Source of the DNA: a virus
Direction: 5' to 3' (one strand)
DNA: 64,000 nucleotides
IMG/VR virus record: IMGVR_UViG_3300042888_002402
Shown here: piece after piece, positions 48,640-59,200 of the stretch
Position numbering within the stretch: the first letter of the stretch is position 1
Layout: the number at the start of each line of letters is the position of its first letter
The notes under the pieces: generated by a model
Told to the model about the DNA's origin: nothing
Database searches by the model: none
The model's input: only the letters and a program-made list of their open reading frames with translations
Program-made: the position numbers and the translations under genes

Positions 48640-49026
48640 TTATCGAGGGTAACCTTTGAATGCCTTTACAGGACTTTTTGTTTCTACAGATGCAGGTTCA
48701 GTGCTATCAGAAGTTGACACTAGTCGTTTGCCACCAGGGGTGTTGGTCATTGCCAATGCTTGATCGATCACTTGTGCTATGCTGGAATTCATCCCAGCAA
48801 CCACACCGTGTTCGCCAAATGTCGTCTCTGCTGACCATTCGGGAAAAGCATGATTGAGACCATCTGTGCCGGCGTCGCTACGGGCTCTGGCCATTGCCAA
48901 GCCAAATCTATAGTTGTCGTAAGGGTCAGCAGCACTGAGTCCAGGAATCACATAAGTGTAGTGCATGGGATTGGCCTGCTCTGGCGGCAGATTTTTTTGT
49001 TCGCCCAGGAATTCACAGGCTCTCAT
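48640..49026 (-). CDS. Hypothetical protein (paralog A)
   Basis: MRACEFLGE...SPVKAFKGYPR. Confidence 0.7.
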   Translation of the reverse strand: MRACEFLGEQKNLPPEQANPMHYTYVIPGLSAADPYDNYRFGLAMARARSDAGTDGLNHAFPEWSAETTFGEHGVVAGMNSSIAQVIDQALAMTNTPGGKRLVSTSDSTEPASVETKSPVKAFKGYPR

Positions 49027-49394
49027 CTGGGGTATCCTTGGAATGATTGCACTGGGCTTGTGGTGTTGGTTGATTTGACTTCCTCACTGTCCATGTCACC
49101 CTTGTTTAAATCTTTATATTCTAATCCAGCAGCTTTGTATGCTAAAATCAGCATATCTTGTTCTTCTTGGGTGTAAGGGTGTGCTGTGTTGTGTTTGCCT
49201 ACCCAACTTTCGGCATCCATTTCTATTGGATTTACTCCATCACTACTTGCCACGGCCATCATCAAACGATTTAAATCATATAGCCTATCATAAGTGTCTA
49301 TTTTTTTTGAAAAAATATTTAAACCGCGAGTTGACTGTTGACGCCGATGGCCAATTTTTCCCAGGGCTTCTGCAACAAACTCTGTGGCTCGCAC
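49023..49394 (-). CDS. Hypothetical protein (paralog B)
   Basis: MRATEFVAE...SPVQSFQGYPR. Confidence 0.7.
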   Translation of the reverse strand: MRATEFVAEALGKIGHRRQQSTRGLNIFSKKIDTYDRLYDLNRLMMAVASSDGVNPIEMDAESWVGKHNTAHPYTQEEQDMLILAYKAAGLEYKDLNKGDMDSEEVKSTNTTSPVQSFQGYPR

Positions 49395-49396
49395 AA

Positions 49397-49687
49397 TTAC
49401 TGTCCAGCGGCGTTGTAAACACCTTGTTGGGCCGAGCTGGCTGTGCCCAGTTCTAATGCTGTAAACGGGCCTCCAACAATGGTTACTTTGTTGCCAGCGC
49501 CTGAGTATGTTTGATACACAGTGTTAGAAGGAATATTAACTGGAACTGTGTATAAATTACCCACGGCAGCCGCTGTGCCCAGTGCAGTTGCATACACCTG
49601 TAATGTTACTGCATTAGCAGTTGTAGTAATTTCCAACTTGTCAGTGTACACTGTTGTGTTACTCAGTGTTGTATATACATTAGCCAT
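49397..49687 (-). CDS. Small structural protein candidate
   Basis: Thr/Ala-rich 96 aa; SD AAGGA. Confidence 0.6.
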   Translation of the reverse strand: MANVYTTLSNTTVYTDKLEITTTANAVTLQVYATALGTAAAVGNLYTVPVNIPSNTVYQTYSGAGNKVTIVGGPFTALELGTASSAQQGVYNAAGQ

Positions 49688-49702
49688 TTTATTTTCCTTT
49701 GT

Positions 49703-50221
49703 TTACCACGCACGGCATGACCAATATCGTGCCTTGGTTCTAGGACCTGGGTTGTCACAATTATGTCTTGCTCTAAAACTTTTTCTACGGCCCGGACTAG
49801 ACTTTTTAATTCGCATGTTGGGATCGCCAAAGTTAACTTTTTTAATGTTTCCAGTGGCAGGATCTTTAACATACACTTTGGATTTCTTTACATCGCCAGC
49901 CATGGGCTTGCCCAACGGCACTTCACGTCCGTGATACTTGGCTTCATCCATGTCGTCTTCGCCCATGCTACCACCGTAGCCCATTGTTTCCAACACAACA
50001 TCTTCAGTTAAATCTTCTAGAGGATCTACAAGTTGTTGCCATTCGTCCAACACTGTGATGATTTTGTCAGTGGCTGCCAACAGTATTCCATCTTCAGATG
50101 ATTCAAGAATATAAGTTTCAATCAGTGTGCCATTGGCCAGCTCAAACGCAAAGTCATCGCCGGCAGCCGGCGTGTTCAGCCATTGCTCACTTTCAGAGAT
50201 GTATTCGCGAAATGATTTCAT
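49703..50221 (-). CDS. Basic C-terminal domain protein (DUF6321/DUF5754-like) with CTS-like N-terminus
   Basis: MKSFREYISE; VNFGDPNM...RRKSFRARHNC...ARYWSC. Confidence 0.7.
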   Translation of the reverse strand: MKSFREYISESEQWLNTPAAGDDFAFELANGTLIETYILESSEDGILLAATDKIITVLDEWQQLVDPLEDLTEDVVLETMGYGGSMGEDDMDEAKYHGREVPLGKPMAGDVKKSKVYVKDPATGNIKKVNFGDPNMRIKKSSPGRRKSFRARHNCDNPGPRTKARYWSCRAW

Positions 50222-52389
50222 GATGCTTTGTATGCGTTGAATAATTTAAACAAGCTACGCTCTAGTGTAACATTCTCTTCCATGGTGCTGGTGCGTTGAC
50301 GTTGACCAGCAATTACAGGAATAGTTGTTTGACCAGTGGACTTGGGACCGTTTAGTCCACCTGAATATTGCATGGCATTGGGACTTGACTCTGCATTAGT
50401 AGGCCAATCAGGAGCATTTTCAGAAGCATTTTCAGAAACATTTTCATCAGAACCGCATGTTGGGCAAGCTGCTTCTGGTTCTTTATGCATGCCAGCCAAT
50501 CTTAGCAATTGTGCCAAGTTTTCAGCTTCTTCTCCGTCTGCACTGACTGTGATAGATTTGTTTCCGTCGGAATTTACATTTACGCTGACATTCATGCCTT
50601 CGGTAATCATACGTTCGACTTGACTATTGATGCCTTCATAAACACCTTTGCCAAAACTCATGCCGCCCGACTTGGCCTTGCCACTGGGGGCAGCAGTTGC
50701 AACAGATCCAGAAGTTGTTGTTTCTTCAACTTCTTCTTTTTTCCCGCTGACTTTTTCTGGCAAGCCTTTTTGTTTGGTGCTGGCAAAATCTTCAGCGTCT
50801 TTTTTCTTCATAGTTTTAGCAACTTTACCAACTTCTTTTGAAGTGGCTTTTTCGCCTTTTTGTGTGGCATGAACCATGCCCATAAAACGTTGTTGCTTTT
50901 TGCTTACTGCTTTTTCATCCAGCTCTTCGCTGTCATCTTGATCTGTTTGATTCTGCATGTAGTCGTCCACTGCAGTCATCATGCCTTCGATCTTGGCCAA
51001 CTTGGCTTGTACCCATTCTGGCAAGTTGTCGTTGTCGCCTAGTATTTTTTCCAAGGCTTGTGCATGACGCACAATAGTCTTGATATCGTCTTTGGCCATT
51101 TCGCCTTCTTGATCATATTCACCACGATCTACAATATCGTCTTCACCTTCTTTGACGCGGCCGCCTTTGTGTTTATAGGCCTTGGCAGTCACACGCTCGG
51201 GTTTCTTCTCTGGACCTGCTGGCCGACCTTTTCTTTTTGGCATTCCGTCATCGGCTTTTTTATCATCATCATGGTCACGCGATCTAGCATGGTGGCGCAG
51301 ACCTGTTTTAGTTTTTTCAATTTCACCACCTGTGGAACTGCGCTTGCGCTCGCCAGTTTTCATACCTGAGGTGCTATGGGCACGGTCTTTGACATCTTTC
51401 ATCATGTCATCCCAACCTTCTTCCATTTCACCACGGCGTTTGTTCTTGACATGACCTACAGCAGATCTCATTGCATCTGCTGCAACATCACCTAACATTT
51501 CGTCAACTTCTTTTTTGGCACCAGCGATTTTATCAGCAAAGGTAATTTTGTTTGCAGGTGGTGCCAGCTTGGCAAACTTCTTTAGTTGTGGGGCGTTTAA
51601 TTTTTCGCCCAATCCTGTTGTATCAGCTTCTTTGACAGGATATTGTTTGCCACCTACATTAATTTTTTCACCAGGTTGAATCCCGTCAGCTTTGGCCTTG
51701 CGAACTGCATTGCCAAATGCATTACCTTCGTCGGTCATGCCCTGACTCTCATCATACTTGTCATACTTGTTGCGAATGTTGCTCATGGTTTTGTCACTGG
51801 CATGCTCACGGCCAGCTTTTTGCAAGGCCTTCATACCTTCATCGCCATATTTCTTTTTACCAATGGCTGCTTGGAAGGCACTTTCTTCCATACTGCCGTC
51901 TGAATTAATTTTATGCATGGCGGCACTTTGTTGTGCGTTAGCATACCTTTGACCTCTTTCTGGATACATCGGGTCTTTTCCATAAAATTCTCGCTGTTTT
52001 TTAACTTCTTTGTTCATTATTCCTTTGTGCGCATCAATCGCTGCCTGGCGGTCCGCTGGATTGTTAGTGATGTTTGCTTTTAGTCCTTTTGCCTTGGCGC
52101 CAACAGTTGCCATAGTATCATTAAATTTGTCAAACCCTTTGGCCAATGCACTACCCAGGCCTTCGTCTACGGACTCTTCTTCAACTTGGCCTTTGGCTCG
52201 CATTTTTGCCAACTGTGCACCAGCAATACGAGCACCTTTTTCACCACCGCCAGTTTTTTTGGCCAAGGCTGCAAAACCTGTTGTGGCATTGTTGTGCTTG
52301 CCCATGTCGCGCTCGTTCAGTTGCTCAGATTCTGGTTTAGCACGAATGCCGTCAAGTTTTTTATTTAAATCGTAGAAAAAATTGTCCAT
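50218..52389 (-). CDS. 723-aa modular head protein (apparent polyprotein; includes a DUF3008-like module)
   Basis: Basic modules separated by [LVM]xE sites; KAVSKKQQRFMG...FASTKQKGLPEKV. Confidence 0.7.
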   Translation of the reverse strand: MDNFFYDLNKKLDGIRAKPESEQLNERDMGKHNNATTGFAALAKKTGGGEKGARIAGAQLAKMRAKGQVEEESVDEGLGSALAKGFDKFNDTMATVGAKAKGLKANITNNPADRQAAIDAHKGIMNKEVKKQREFYGKDPMYPERGQRYANAQQSAAMHKINSDGSMEESAFQAAIGKKKYGDEGMKALQKAGREHASDKTMSNIRNKYDKYDESQGMTDEGNAFGNAVRKAKADGIQPGEKINVGGKQYPVKEADTTGLGEKLNAPQLKKFAKLAPPANKITFADKIAGAKKEVDEMLGDVAADAMRSAVGHVKNKRRGEMEEGWDDMMKDVKDRAHSTSGMKTGERKRSSTGGEIEKTKTGLRHHARSRDHDDDKKADDGMPKRKGRPAGPEKKPERVTAKAYKHKGGRVKEGEDDIVDRGEYDQEGEMAKDDIKTIVRHAQALEKILGDNDNLPEWVQAKLAKIEGMMTAVDDYMQNQTDQDDSEELDEKAVSKKQQRFMGMVHATQKGEKATSKEVGKVAKTMKKKDAEDFASTKQKGLPEKVSGKKEEVEETTTSGSVATAAPSGKAKSGGMSFGKGVYEGINSQVERMITEGMNVSVNVNSDGNKSITVSADGEEAENLAQLLRLAGMHKEPEAACPTCGSDENVSENASENAPDWPTNAESSPNAMQYSGGLNGPKSTGQTTIPVIAGQRQRTSTMEENVTLERSLFKLFNAYKAS

Positions 52390-52393
52390 TTCA

Positions 52394-53002
52394 TTATCCT
52401 CTTGGTTGTGCGCCAGTGGCTGGCTTGGGTGATCGCTTCATTGTGGTCATTGGGCTCTTAACGCCCTGTGGCAAATCATTTGTTGTTTGTGCTTTTGGTG
52501 TTTTGCCGCCAGCTACAGTAAAATCACTGCGATAAGCATTTTTTAACACTGCGTGATCGTAAGGACCGGTGGCATAGTCTTTGTATAGGGCTTTTTGTTC
52601 TTTGTCTGGAGCAGGGTAATCTGTATCAGTCAACAAGTCTTTGTTTTCTGCTTCAATTTTTTCACGCTCTGTGTCTATGGAATTTTCATATGCGGCAGTC
52701 AACATAATCACACGGTTAGGATCAAATCCCAAGATCTGTGCCAGTTGTTTGATCTGTGGCTCAATGGCAGGATATCGAAATTCTACATCAACACTGGTAA
52801 CACGGTCATTTGCAAATGCAGGAAAATCAGCTGGTTTTAATTGCACTGGTGTAATTTTTGGTGCAGAAACTTGAACAATATCAAACTGTTGCATTTTTTC
52901 TTCAAGATTTTTCAAGAAGTCTGGAGGTGTTTCACCTACCATTTTAATGCGATAGTGATAGGTTCTTTGACTTTCCGCTAGATATTCTTTGAACTGTTTC
53001 AT
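52394..53002 (-). CDS. Hypothetical head protein with CTS-like N-terminus
   Basis: MKQFKEYLAE; late box 53020-53025. Confidence 0.7.
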   Translation of the reverse strand: MKQFKEYLAESQRTYHYRIKMVGETPPDFLKNLEEKMQQFDIVQVSAPKITPVQLKPADFPAFANDRVTSVDVEFRYPAIEPQIKQLAQILGFDPNRVIMLTAAYENSIDTEREKIEAENKDLLTDTDYPAPDKEQKALYKDYATGPYDHAVLKNAYRSDFTVAGGKTPKAQTTNDLPQGVKSPMTTMKRSPKPATGAQPRG

Positions 53003-53022
53003 AATAATTCCCTATATGATAT

Positions 53023-53502
53023 TTATGCGTCTTTGGTCTTTTGGTCTCTATTACCAATTAACCGTTCCAGCAAATCGTTACGACTGAGTATTTGTCCGTG
53101 TGCAGTTTCCACTGCGGTTTCTTCCTCACGACCCTGATCCAGCTTGACTTTTTTAAGTTGTAGATCAATCATTTTTAATTTTTTGTTTAATTTGGCAGTC
53201 TTGGCTGTCAGTGCATGTCCTAACATTTGGCTGGCCACTGCAAATATTTCTGCTGAATACCTTGAGTCCACATTGAATCCTAGATCCATTAGGTTATCAA
53301 ATGTATCAGTTGCTTTGGTAGCCAGTGCATCCATTTCTTCATCGCTGGCATCTAGATTACGCACTGCAGGTAGTGCTGCATCGATCTTATCAATGGTATT
53401 GTCTATGTCTGTTATGGCTGACTGCGTTTGTTCAACAGTGGGTGTTTCTTCTGTAGTCGGATCAGAAGGCGGTAAATCAAATAATTCTTCAAGTTTTCTC
53501 AT
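53023..53502 (-). CDS. Probable terminase small subunit
   Basis: Helical coiled coil, C-terminal SRNDLL as in gp16-like proteins; late box 53508-53513. Confidence 0.55.
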   Translation of the reverse strand: MRKLEELFDLPPSDPTTEETPTVEQTQSAITDIDNTIDKIDAALPAVRNLDASDEEMDALATKATDTFDNLMDLGFNVDSRYSAEIFAVASQMLGHALTAKTAKLNKKLKMIDLQLKKVKLDQGREEETAVETAHGQILSRNDLLERLIGNRDQKTKDA

Positions 53503-53529
53503 ACCCATATTTACCGTGAGAATTGGCGC

Positions 53530-53967
53530 TTATCTTTTCTTAGCACCTTGATGGAACATGTCATCTTCGGTTATTACGCGAAACACAAGACCGTTTCGTC
53601 TACACCATTTGGTAGCTTGATCCCATTTGGCATAGTTTAGTGCCACAACCGCACGATCCCTAGCAGATGCTTTGCTTTCTAGTACGCTTTGTTTTTTGGG
53701 TTTAATCTCAATTACTTCAGCTTTCACAATATTATCTTTGGTGCGGTAGGTGATCAAAAAATCTGGAATATAAATGCTTTGCTTGCCTGTGATGGGATTG
53801 CGATATGGTATTGATATACTTTCACTAGCCCATTGTAATATGCTGTCATTGGTGTCTAGGAAATGCATAAAACTCATTTCCCACCCTGATCTAAATCTTG
53901 GAGTATTTTTACCCACATACTTGTTGGGATTTTGTACTTGATATGTACCTTGGCGGTAATTGGCCAT
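53530..53967 (-). CDS. gp4: Head completion nuclease (gp4/TnsA-like)
   Basis: NPNKYVG, RSGWE, WASE, YIPDF, EIKP, NYAKW. Confidence 0.9.
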   Translation of the reverse strand: MANYRQGTYQVQNPNKYVGKNTPRFRSGWEMSFMHFLDTNDSILQWASESISIPYRNPITGKQSIYIPDFLITYRTKDNIVKAEVIEIKPKKQSVLESKASARDRAVVALNYAKWDQATKWCRRNGLVFRVITEDDMFHQGAKKR

Positions 53968-53972
53968 GTTGG

Positions 53973-54341
53973 TCAGGCCTGTATATTTCTAGCCACGTAG
54001 TAGTTGGGAATACTAGGAACATTGATACCTAGCAGTGTGGCAGGACTTCTAAGACCATTGAGATAATAACTCAAAGTCAGTGTCAATTGAGGCTGGCTTT
54101 GTCCTTGTATTTGTTGCAACAGCGTCAGCACAGGAATTTTTGATTGTTCAGCAACTCTGAACAATGTCACTGTGAAATTGGCTGCTGCGTCAGCAGTGCT
54201 GAACACACTGCGAAAATAACTATTGACCACATCATACTCATCCGCTGGCACATCTTGTGAAAAACTGTAAAAACTGTCAAACACCCGCACTGATAAATCA
54301 GTGTTGGTATTGATTGCGTTAACTGTGCCCATGATTATCAT
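53973..54341 (-). CDS. Hypothetical protein
   Basis: 122-aa ORF in structural operon. Confidence 0.65.
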   Translation of the reverse strand: MIIMGTVNAINTNTDLSVRVFDSFYSFSQDVPADEYDVVNSYFRSVFSTADAAANFTVTLFRVAEQSKIPVLTLLQQIQGQSQPQLTLTLSYYLNGLRSPATLLGINVPSIPNYYVARNIQA

Positions 54342-55564
54342 GCACCTCCTGGGCCGCCCGGATTATTTGGATCAATACTTAAATTTGTTGTTTGTCCGTA
54401 CTCTCCTGTCACTGGAATAGGTGGCAATGGAAAAAATGCGCCGCCACCTGAATTTTGTATTTGTTGGATTTGTCCAGGCAAACTGCCTTGCGCTATGCTT
54501 TGAGCGTTGTTGTATGCAGTTGTTGATACTCTACTAGGACCACGTTGATATGTGTTGATGTTGACTCCGGCAGTTTGCACTGCACCTCTGACATTTTGTG
54601 AACCATTGAACCCTGATTGGACCGCTTGTAAATCTTGAACATAACCAGTTGTTGCAACAGTGCCGCCTTGTAAAAATACAGTATTGGTGGAACCTGCTCG
54701 TGCAATAGAACTAGGTGTGGTATCATAATGTGCTGGATCAGCAAAACCAAGAACATTGTTGCTGGGAGTCTGACCGCCCACTGCGCCAGAATAATATTTC
54801 ACTGTTTCGTAGCGTATGCTCATTGTGTGTTGTACTGTGCCGTTGCCTTGGCTGTAGTCATATGTGTCATGCTGCCATCCAGTGATTATTGGATTGATCA
54901 ACGTGTATTGTGCAAACTGTTTGTTGGCAAGACCATATATGGTTATGTCATTAAAAAATGGTGGCTTGCTGGCTGTGGTACTAGCAGTGCTCTGGCTTGA
55001 ATTGTTATAGGTCTCGCCTATGTATCCCCAATCACTGACAGCCCGTGCGCTATTGTAGATATCACTGGTGTTATAACCAAAGCCATTGACATTGGTAGCA
55101 GATTGACCAGAGGTGCCGGGTTGGTTTGGTACATTGTTGTAGCCTTGACTGGGGTCAGCATAATAATAGCTGTAGTAGTTGTACCACATTGTTCTAATTA
55201 AATCGCTGGTATCATCGTGAAACGTCAATGTTACAGGATCATAATTGATTTTGGTCTGTACTAGCCGCTTGCGGTTGTACTGATTCATAACATCAACTTC
55301 AAATGTGTAACTGGGCAATTGAGCAGTTTTAACTAGTACACTGACACTTGAAGAATTACCAGTACCAAATAAATTACTTAACGCAGGTATGCCTGCAGTG
55401 TTGATGTTAAAATAAACATGGAATAGATATTTGAGCCTGGGTGTCAGTGCATAGTTATTGGTCCTAAAGACCTTTGACGCATGTCTATAATCTTTAAGAC
55501 CAGAAATACCATTTACAGCCTGGCCAGCGGCGAATCCTTGAAGCAGGTTTTCAGCAAAACCCAC
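54338..55564 (-). CDS. Tail-tube-related baseplate protein (gp54-like)
   Basis: VKTAQLPSY, NQYNRKR, YDPVTLTFHDD; follows tube gene. Confidence 0.7.
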   Translation of the reverse strand: MGFAENLLQGFAAGQAVNGISGLKDYRHASKVFRTNNYALTPRLKYLFHVYFNINTAGIPALSNLFGTGNSSSVSVLVKTAQLPSYTFEVDVMNQYNRKRLVQTKINYDPVTLTFHDDTSDLIRTMWYNYYSYYYADPSQGYNNVPNQPGTSGQSATNVNGFGYNTSDIYNSARAVSDWGYIGETYNNSSQSTASTTASKPPFFNDITIYGLANKQFAQYTLINPIITGWQHDTYDYSQGNGTVQHTMSIRYETVKYYSGAVGGQTPSNNVLGFADPAHYDTTPSSIARAGSTNTVFLQGGTVATTGYVQDLQAVQSGFNGSQNVRGAVQTAGVNINTYQRGPSRVSTTAYNNAQSIAQGSLPGQIQQIQNSGGGAFFPLPPIPVTGEYGQTTNLSIDPNNPGGPGGA

Positions 55565-55569
55565 TTTTT

Positions 55570-56199
55570 TTAGCCGCCTATGCTGGTAGCAACGTCGCCA
55601 TTGGTTCTAAGAATCGGAATACCAACGCCACCACCACCGCTAGGCCCTTGGATTGCATTGTCATATCTGATTGTTAAACTAATTGTGGCTGCTTCATTTG
55701 AGCCATAATTGAAATCGTTATAGTTAACAGTTTGAAGATAGCATCCCAACAATTGCCACGACTCTAACGCTATTGGTGCGTTAACACCATTGCCACCATC
55801 AAGCACTTCAAAAAAGGTTAAGAATTTATAATCAATACCAGAAGCCGCAGAACTCATTTCTGCAAAATCCAATTGTTTCTGCAGTTGCTCACCAATTAAC
55901 TGACTGACTGCACCATCTGCACTATCACGTATGTTGCATGTAACGTCAGCCCAGCTGTATTTTCCAGCTAATTTAATAGTACTGTTATATACAGGAAGAT
56001 CAATATTTTCAAAAGTTACATTGGGTCTTGTAAAATCTACAACTTGTTTGGTAAGATCTGTAGTGAACCCGCCTACGCCAAGATTCTGAAATGAGACTCT
56101 GAATCTATATTTCAGCTTGGGCATTATCAAGCCCTGTGTTGGACTGCTCTGGTCGTTGGCCAGAGGCACTGTCATTTTTGTTAGTGATGATGTAGCCAT
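55570..56199 (-). CDS. gp19: Tail tube protein
   Basis: PKLKYRFRV, AGKYSW, WQLLGCY, LTIRYDNA; follows sheath. Confidence 0.88.
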   Translation of the reverse strand: MATSSLTKMTVPLANDQSSPTQGLIMPKLKYRFRVSFQNLGVGGFTTDLTKQVVDFTRPNVTFENIDLPVYNSTIKLAGKYSWADVTCNIRDSADGAVSQLIGEQLQKQLDFAEMSSAASGIDYKFLTFFEVLDGGNGVNAPIALESWQLLGCYLQTVNYNDFNYGSNEAATISLTIRYDNAIQGPSGGGGVGIPILRTNGDVATSIGG

Positions 56200-56233
56200 T
56201 TGTGTTCTATCTCCTGATACGTTTATTTATGGT

Positions 56234-56264
56234 AAAAAGGTCGGGTAAATTTTACCCGACTTTC
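56234..56264 (-). terminator. Intrinsic terminator after sheath gene
   Basis: GTCGGGTAAA/TTTACCCGAC + T tract; late box 56224-56229 follows. Confidence 0.8.
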
Positions 56265-59200
56265 TTAGGCTGTTGTTTGTGCAGCAATGGTTCCTGTGTT
56301 TTGTATGCGCAATGGTATGTAGATAAACTCAATTGCTTTGACTGGTTCAATTGCAATATCCACGTATAACTCATTGCGGTCAATTGTAGCAGGAGTATTG
56401 TTAGAAAGATCGCACACAACCAAGTAGTCATAGATACCACGTTTGTTCACAAGATCAATCATCAAACTGGTCACTGAGTTAGTAATTTGTGCACGAGTGA
56501 TTGAATCATTGGGTTCAAACAAGTAATTGTTACCAATTAGTTGCAATCTGCCGCGCAAATAAGCTACTAAACGTGCTACGTTAATGCGGTCTAATGCAGT
56601 TGTAGTTGCTTGCAGTGTGAGATTACCAAAGTTAGTAATACCAACGCCTGGTATAAATGTAATTGGATTAATATCATTTTGATATAGCGTATCGCGCAGT
56701 CCTTGATTTATAGTATTGCGTGTATACTCACCAGTTGTGGCATCAATGAATCCTAGGCTAAACGCATTGTCTACAACTCCACGTCGTGTGCCAGCAGGTG
56801 CCAACCACGGATAGCTCACACTATCACTACGGATAATTGTGCGTACCATCATGTGACTAGGTGGTTGCACCACTGAATTTCCACTAAGGTCAGTTGTTTG
56901 GCAACTAGGATAAAACGTTGCCGCATATGAGTCATTGGTTGTTAATCCGTCGCCTGCAGGAATTCCAAGTCCATTGTTGTTTGTGGCCCATGTAACAACA
57001 TCGGTTGGACTTAGTCGCAAAGGAGTATCAACCACCACAAATCCAGTGTCATTACGATCATTGTTAAGTGCAACCATGTTTGATGCCAGCTCTGGATACT
57101 GAGGGCATGCAATCAAATTGAACACATTTTGATTTTCACGTATTGTGGTATTTGAATCAATGCCGGCTTTGAGTGCTTGTACAATCATTGCTCGTTGTGC
57201 TTGGCGTCCCATATAAGGGGATCCATCTATACGCAACCCACTAGCAGTCAGCCAAGTGCTGGTCACTGTTGGTAATGTGTCAGGTGGTGGATATGAAGTG
57301 GCATTGAAATAATTGGCTTCAAATTGTTTTACGTTGTATCCGGATCTGCGTGTGTTAAACAACAATATGCCCTGTGGATACAGTGCAGGGTCAGGTGCAT
57401 CTAGATCCAAATAATCACTGGTTAACAAACTAACAATGCTAGGAATTGGATCAGTGACTGGATCTGTGGTTCCGTTTGGCGCCCATCGTGCATCAGCAAA
57501 TAACACACCGTTTTCTGTTGTTTGATCAGCATTACTGAGTGTAACCCATTGATCTTGACCGTCAACATCTTGCCAACGATTAATCAATGGATAATTTTCT
57601 AAATCACTGGTATCGATCCACAAATCACCATATACCAATGGACTAGCAGATGAATTGTTTTGGGTTGTCGGTGCAGTAGGGCTAAACTGTGGCCCAGTGG
57701 CATTGGTTTGACTTAGGTCATATCCACGCACGTCTGGATTGGCATTTTGATATCCTACCCACACACCATTATCACTGATCATGATATCAGCCTGATCTAT
57801 GGCAGAATAATACCATAGTTGACCAGATGCTGGATCTTGATTTGGTGCACTGTTACTAGCAGTGTAAGTGAAGGTTGTAGATCCTACCCAGTTGCTGAGT
57901 ATTAAACTATTAGTTGTAACATCCAGAGATCTAACACCAACACAAGCAGTCGAAAACCCTGCAGTGGCCACTGGGGTTCCAGTAACATTGGCAAGAATGA
58001 TGTCACCTCCGGTACTGTGAGTAAACACCAATGCTCCACTGCTGTTAATTGATGCACTAACATATGGTACAGCTGCGGCACTGACTGCGCTGACAAAATC
58101 TGTAGCGGTAGTACCTAGTAGTGTGACAAGAGCCGGTGGTGATGTTAAAGAAGCAGTGCCAGGCTGTGTGGCCCTTATTGAAAAACTATTACCAGAAACA
58201 AACGGACCAGGTGTTGTATCGGTACCAGTAATTATTGTAGGGCCTGTGGCGTATCTTTCAAGTATTAAAAATCCAGATGTGCCGCCGTTGCCAGATAATT
58301 CTGTATAATAAGGATTAACTTCTGCATAGGTACTGCCAGCTGGAATATTTGTGCCGCCGCCAGATGGATCTAGTGCATATATTGCAGCGGCATCATTGTA
58401 GTACACAGGACATGCTTGTTGTACAAATGTTCCCAGTGTTGAATTGTAACGTTTCATAACAATGTTAGTACCCAAATTTACATTGTTGGTTTTTTGCCAT
58501 ACAGATCCAGTTGGTTCTGGTTGCGGTGCAGTGGATCTCCAGTTTGGTGCAGTGTAATTTGGGCTGGCAAGATACGCAGGTGCAAAATATGTAGTTGCAA
58601 CAATGCCCAAATTGGCCAACACTGTGCCTGTACTAGCAGTGATGTTAACTATACCTGTGCCTTCGGTACTGCCATCGCTTGTGGCTGTGCTGTTGGCATA
58701 CAATTCTAATTTTCCACCAATATGAGCAGAATAAACACCTGTTATAGCTGCAGTGTTGATAGCATTAGACAAACCTTCAACTGTGTTATTAGGGCTAACA
58801 GGAACAGTGACAACTGTGCCATTGATAGTTATTGTATTACCAGCAGTCAATGAGGTAGGCGCTAGTGTGCCTTGCACAGTTGGCCATGCAGTTTTCCAAT
58901 CATCACTGCCAATCAACACCCAGGTGTTATTGAAATCACTGAGTTCAGTTGCACTGGTTTGAGCACTGGTAGGACCGCCACGTTTGTAGTAGCCAGGCAA
59001 TGTTGTGCTGGTTGCGGTAACTGCATATTGACCAATGCTGCCAAAACTTTGTAATGGCACAGTGGAACCGGTTTCAAGATTAGCAGTATCAGTAATAACC
59101 AATGGTACTTGATTGGTAAATGCACCAGTAACCTGATTCCATTCAAAAATACCCCATGCAGTGTTTGCAGTATCTAGCCAGTAAGTATTATTAGGAGGAC

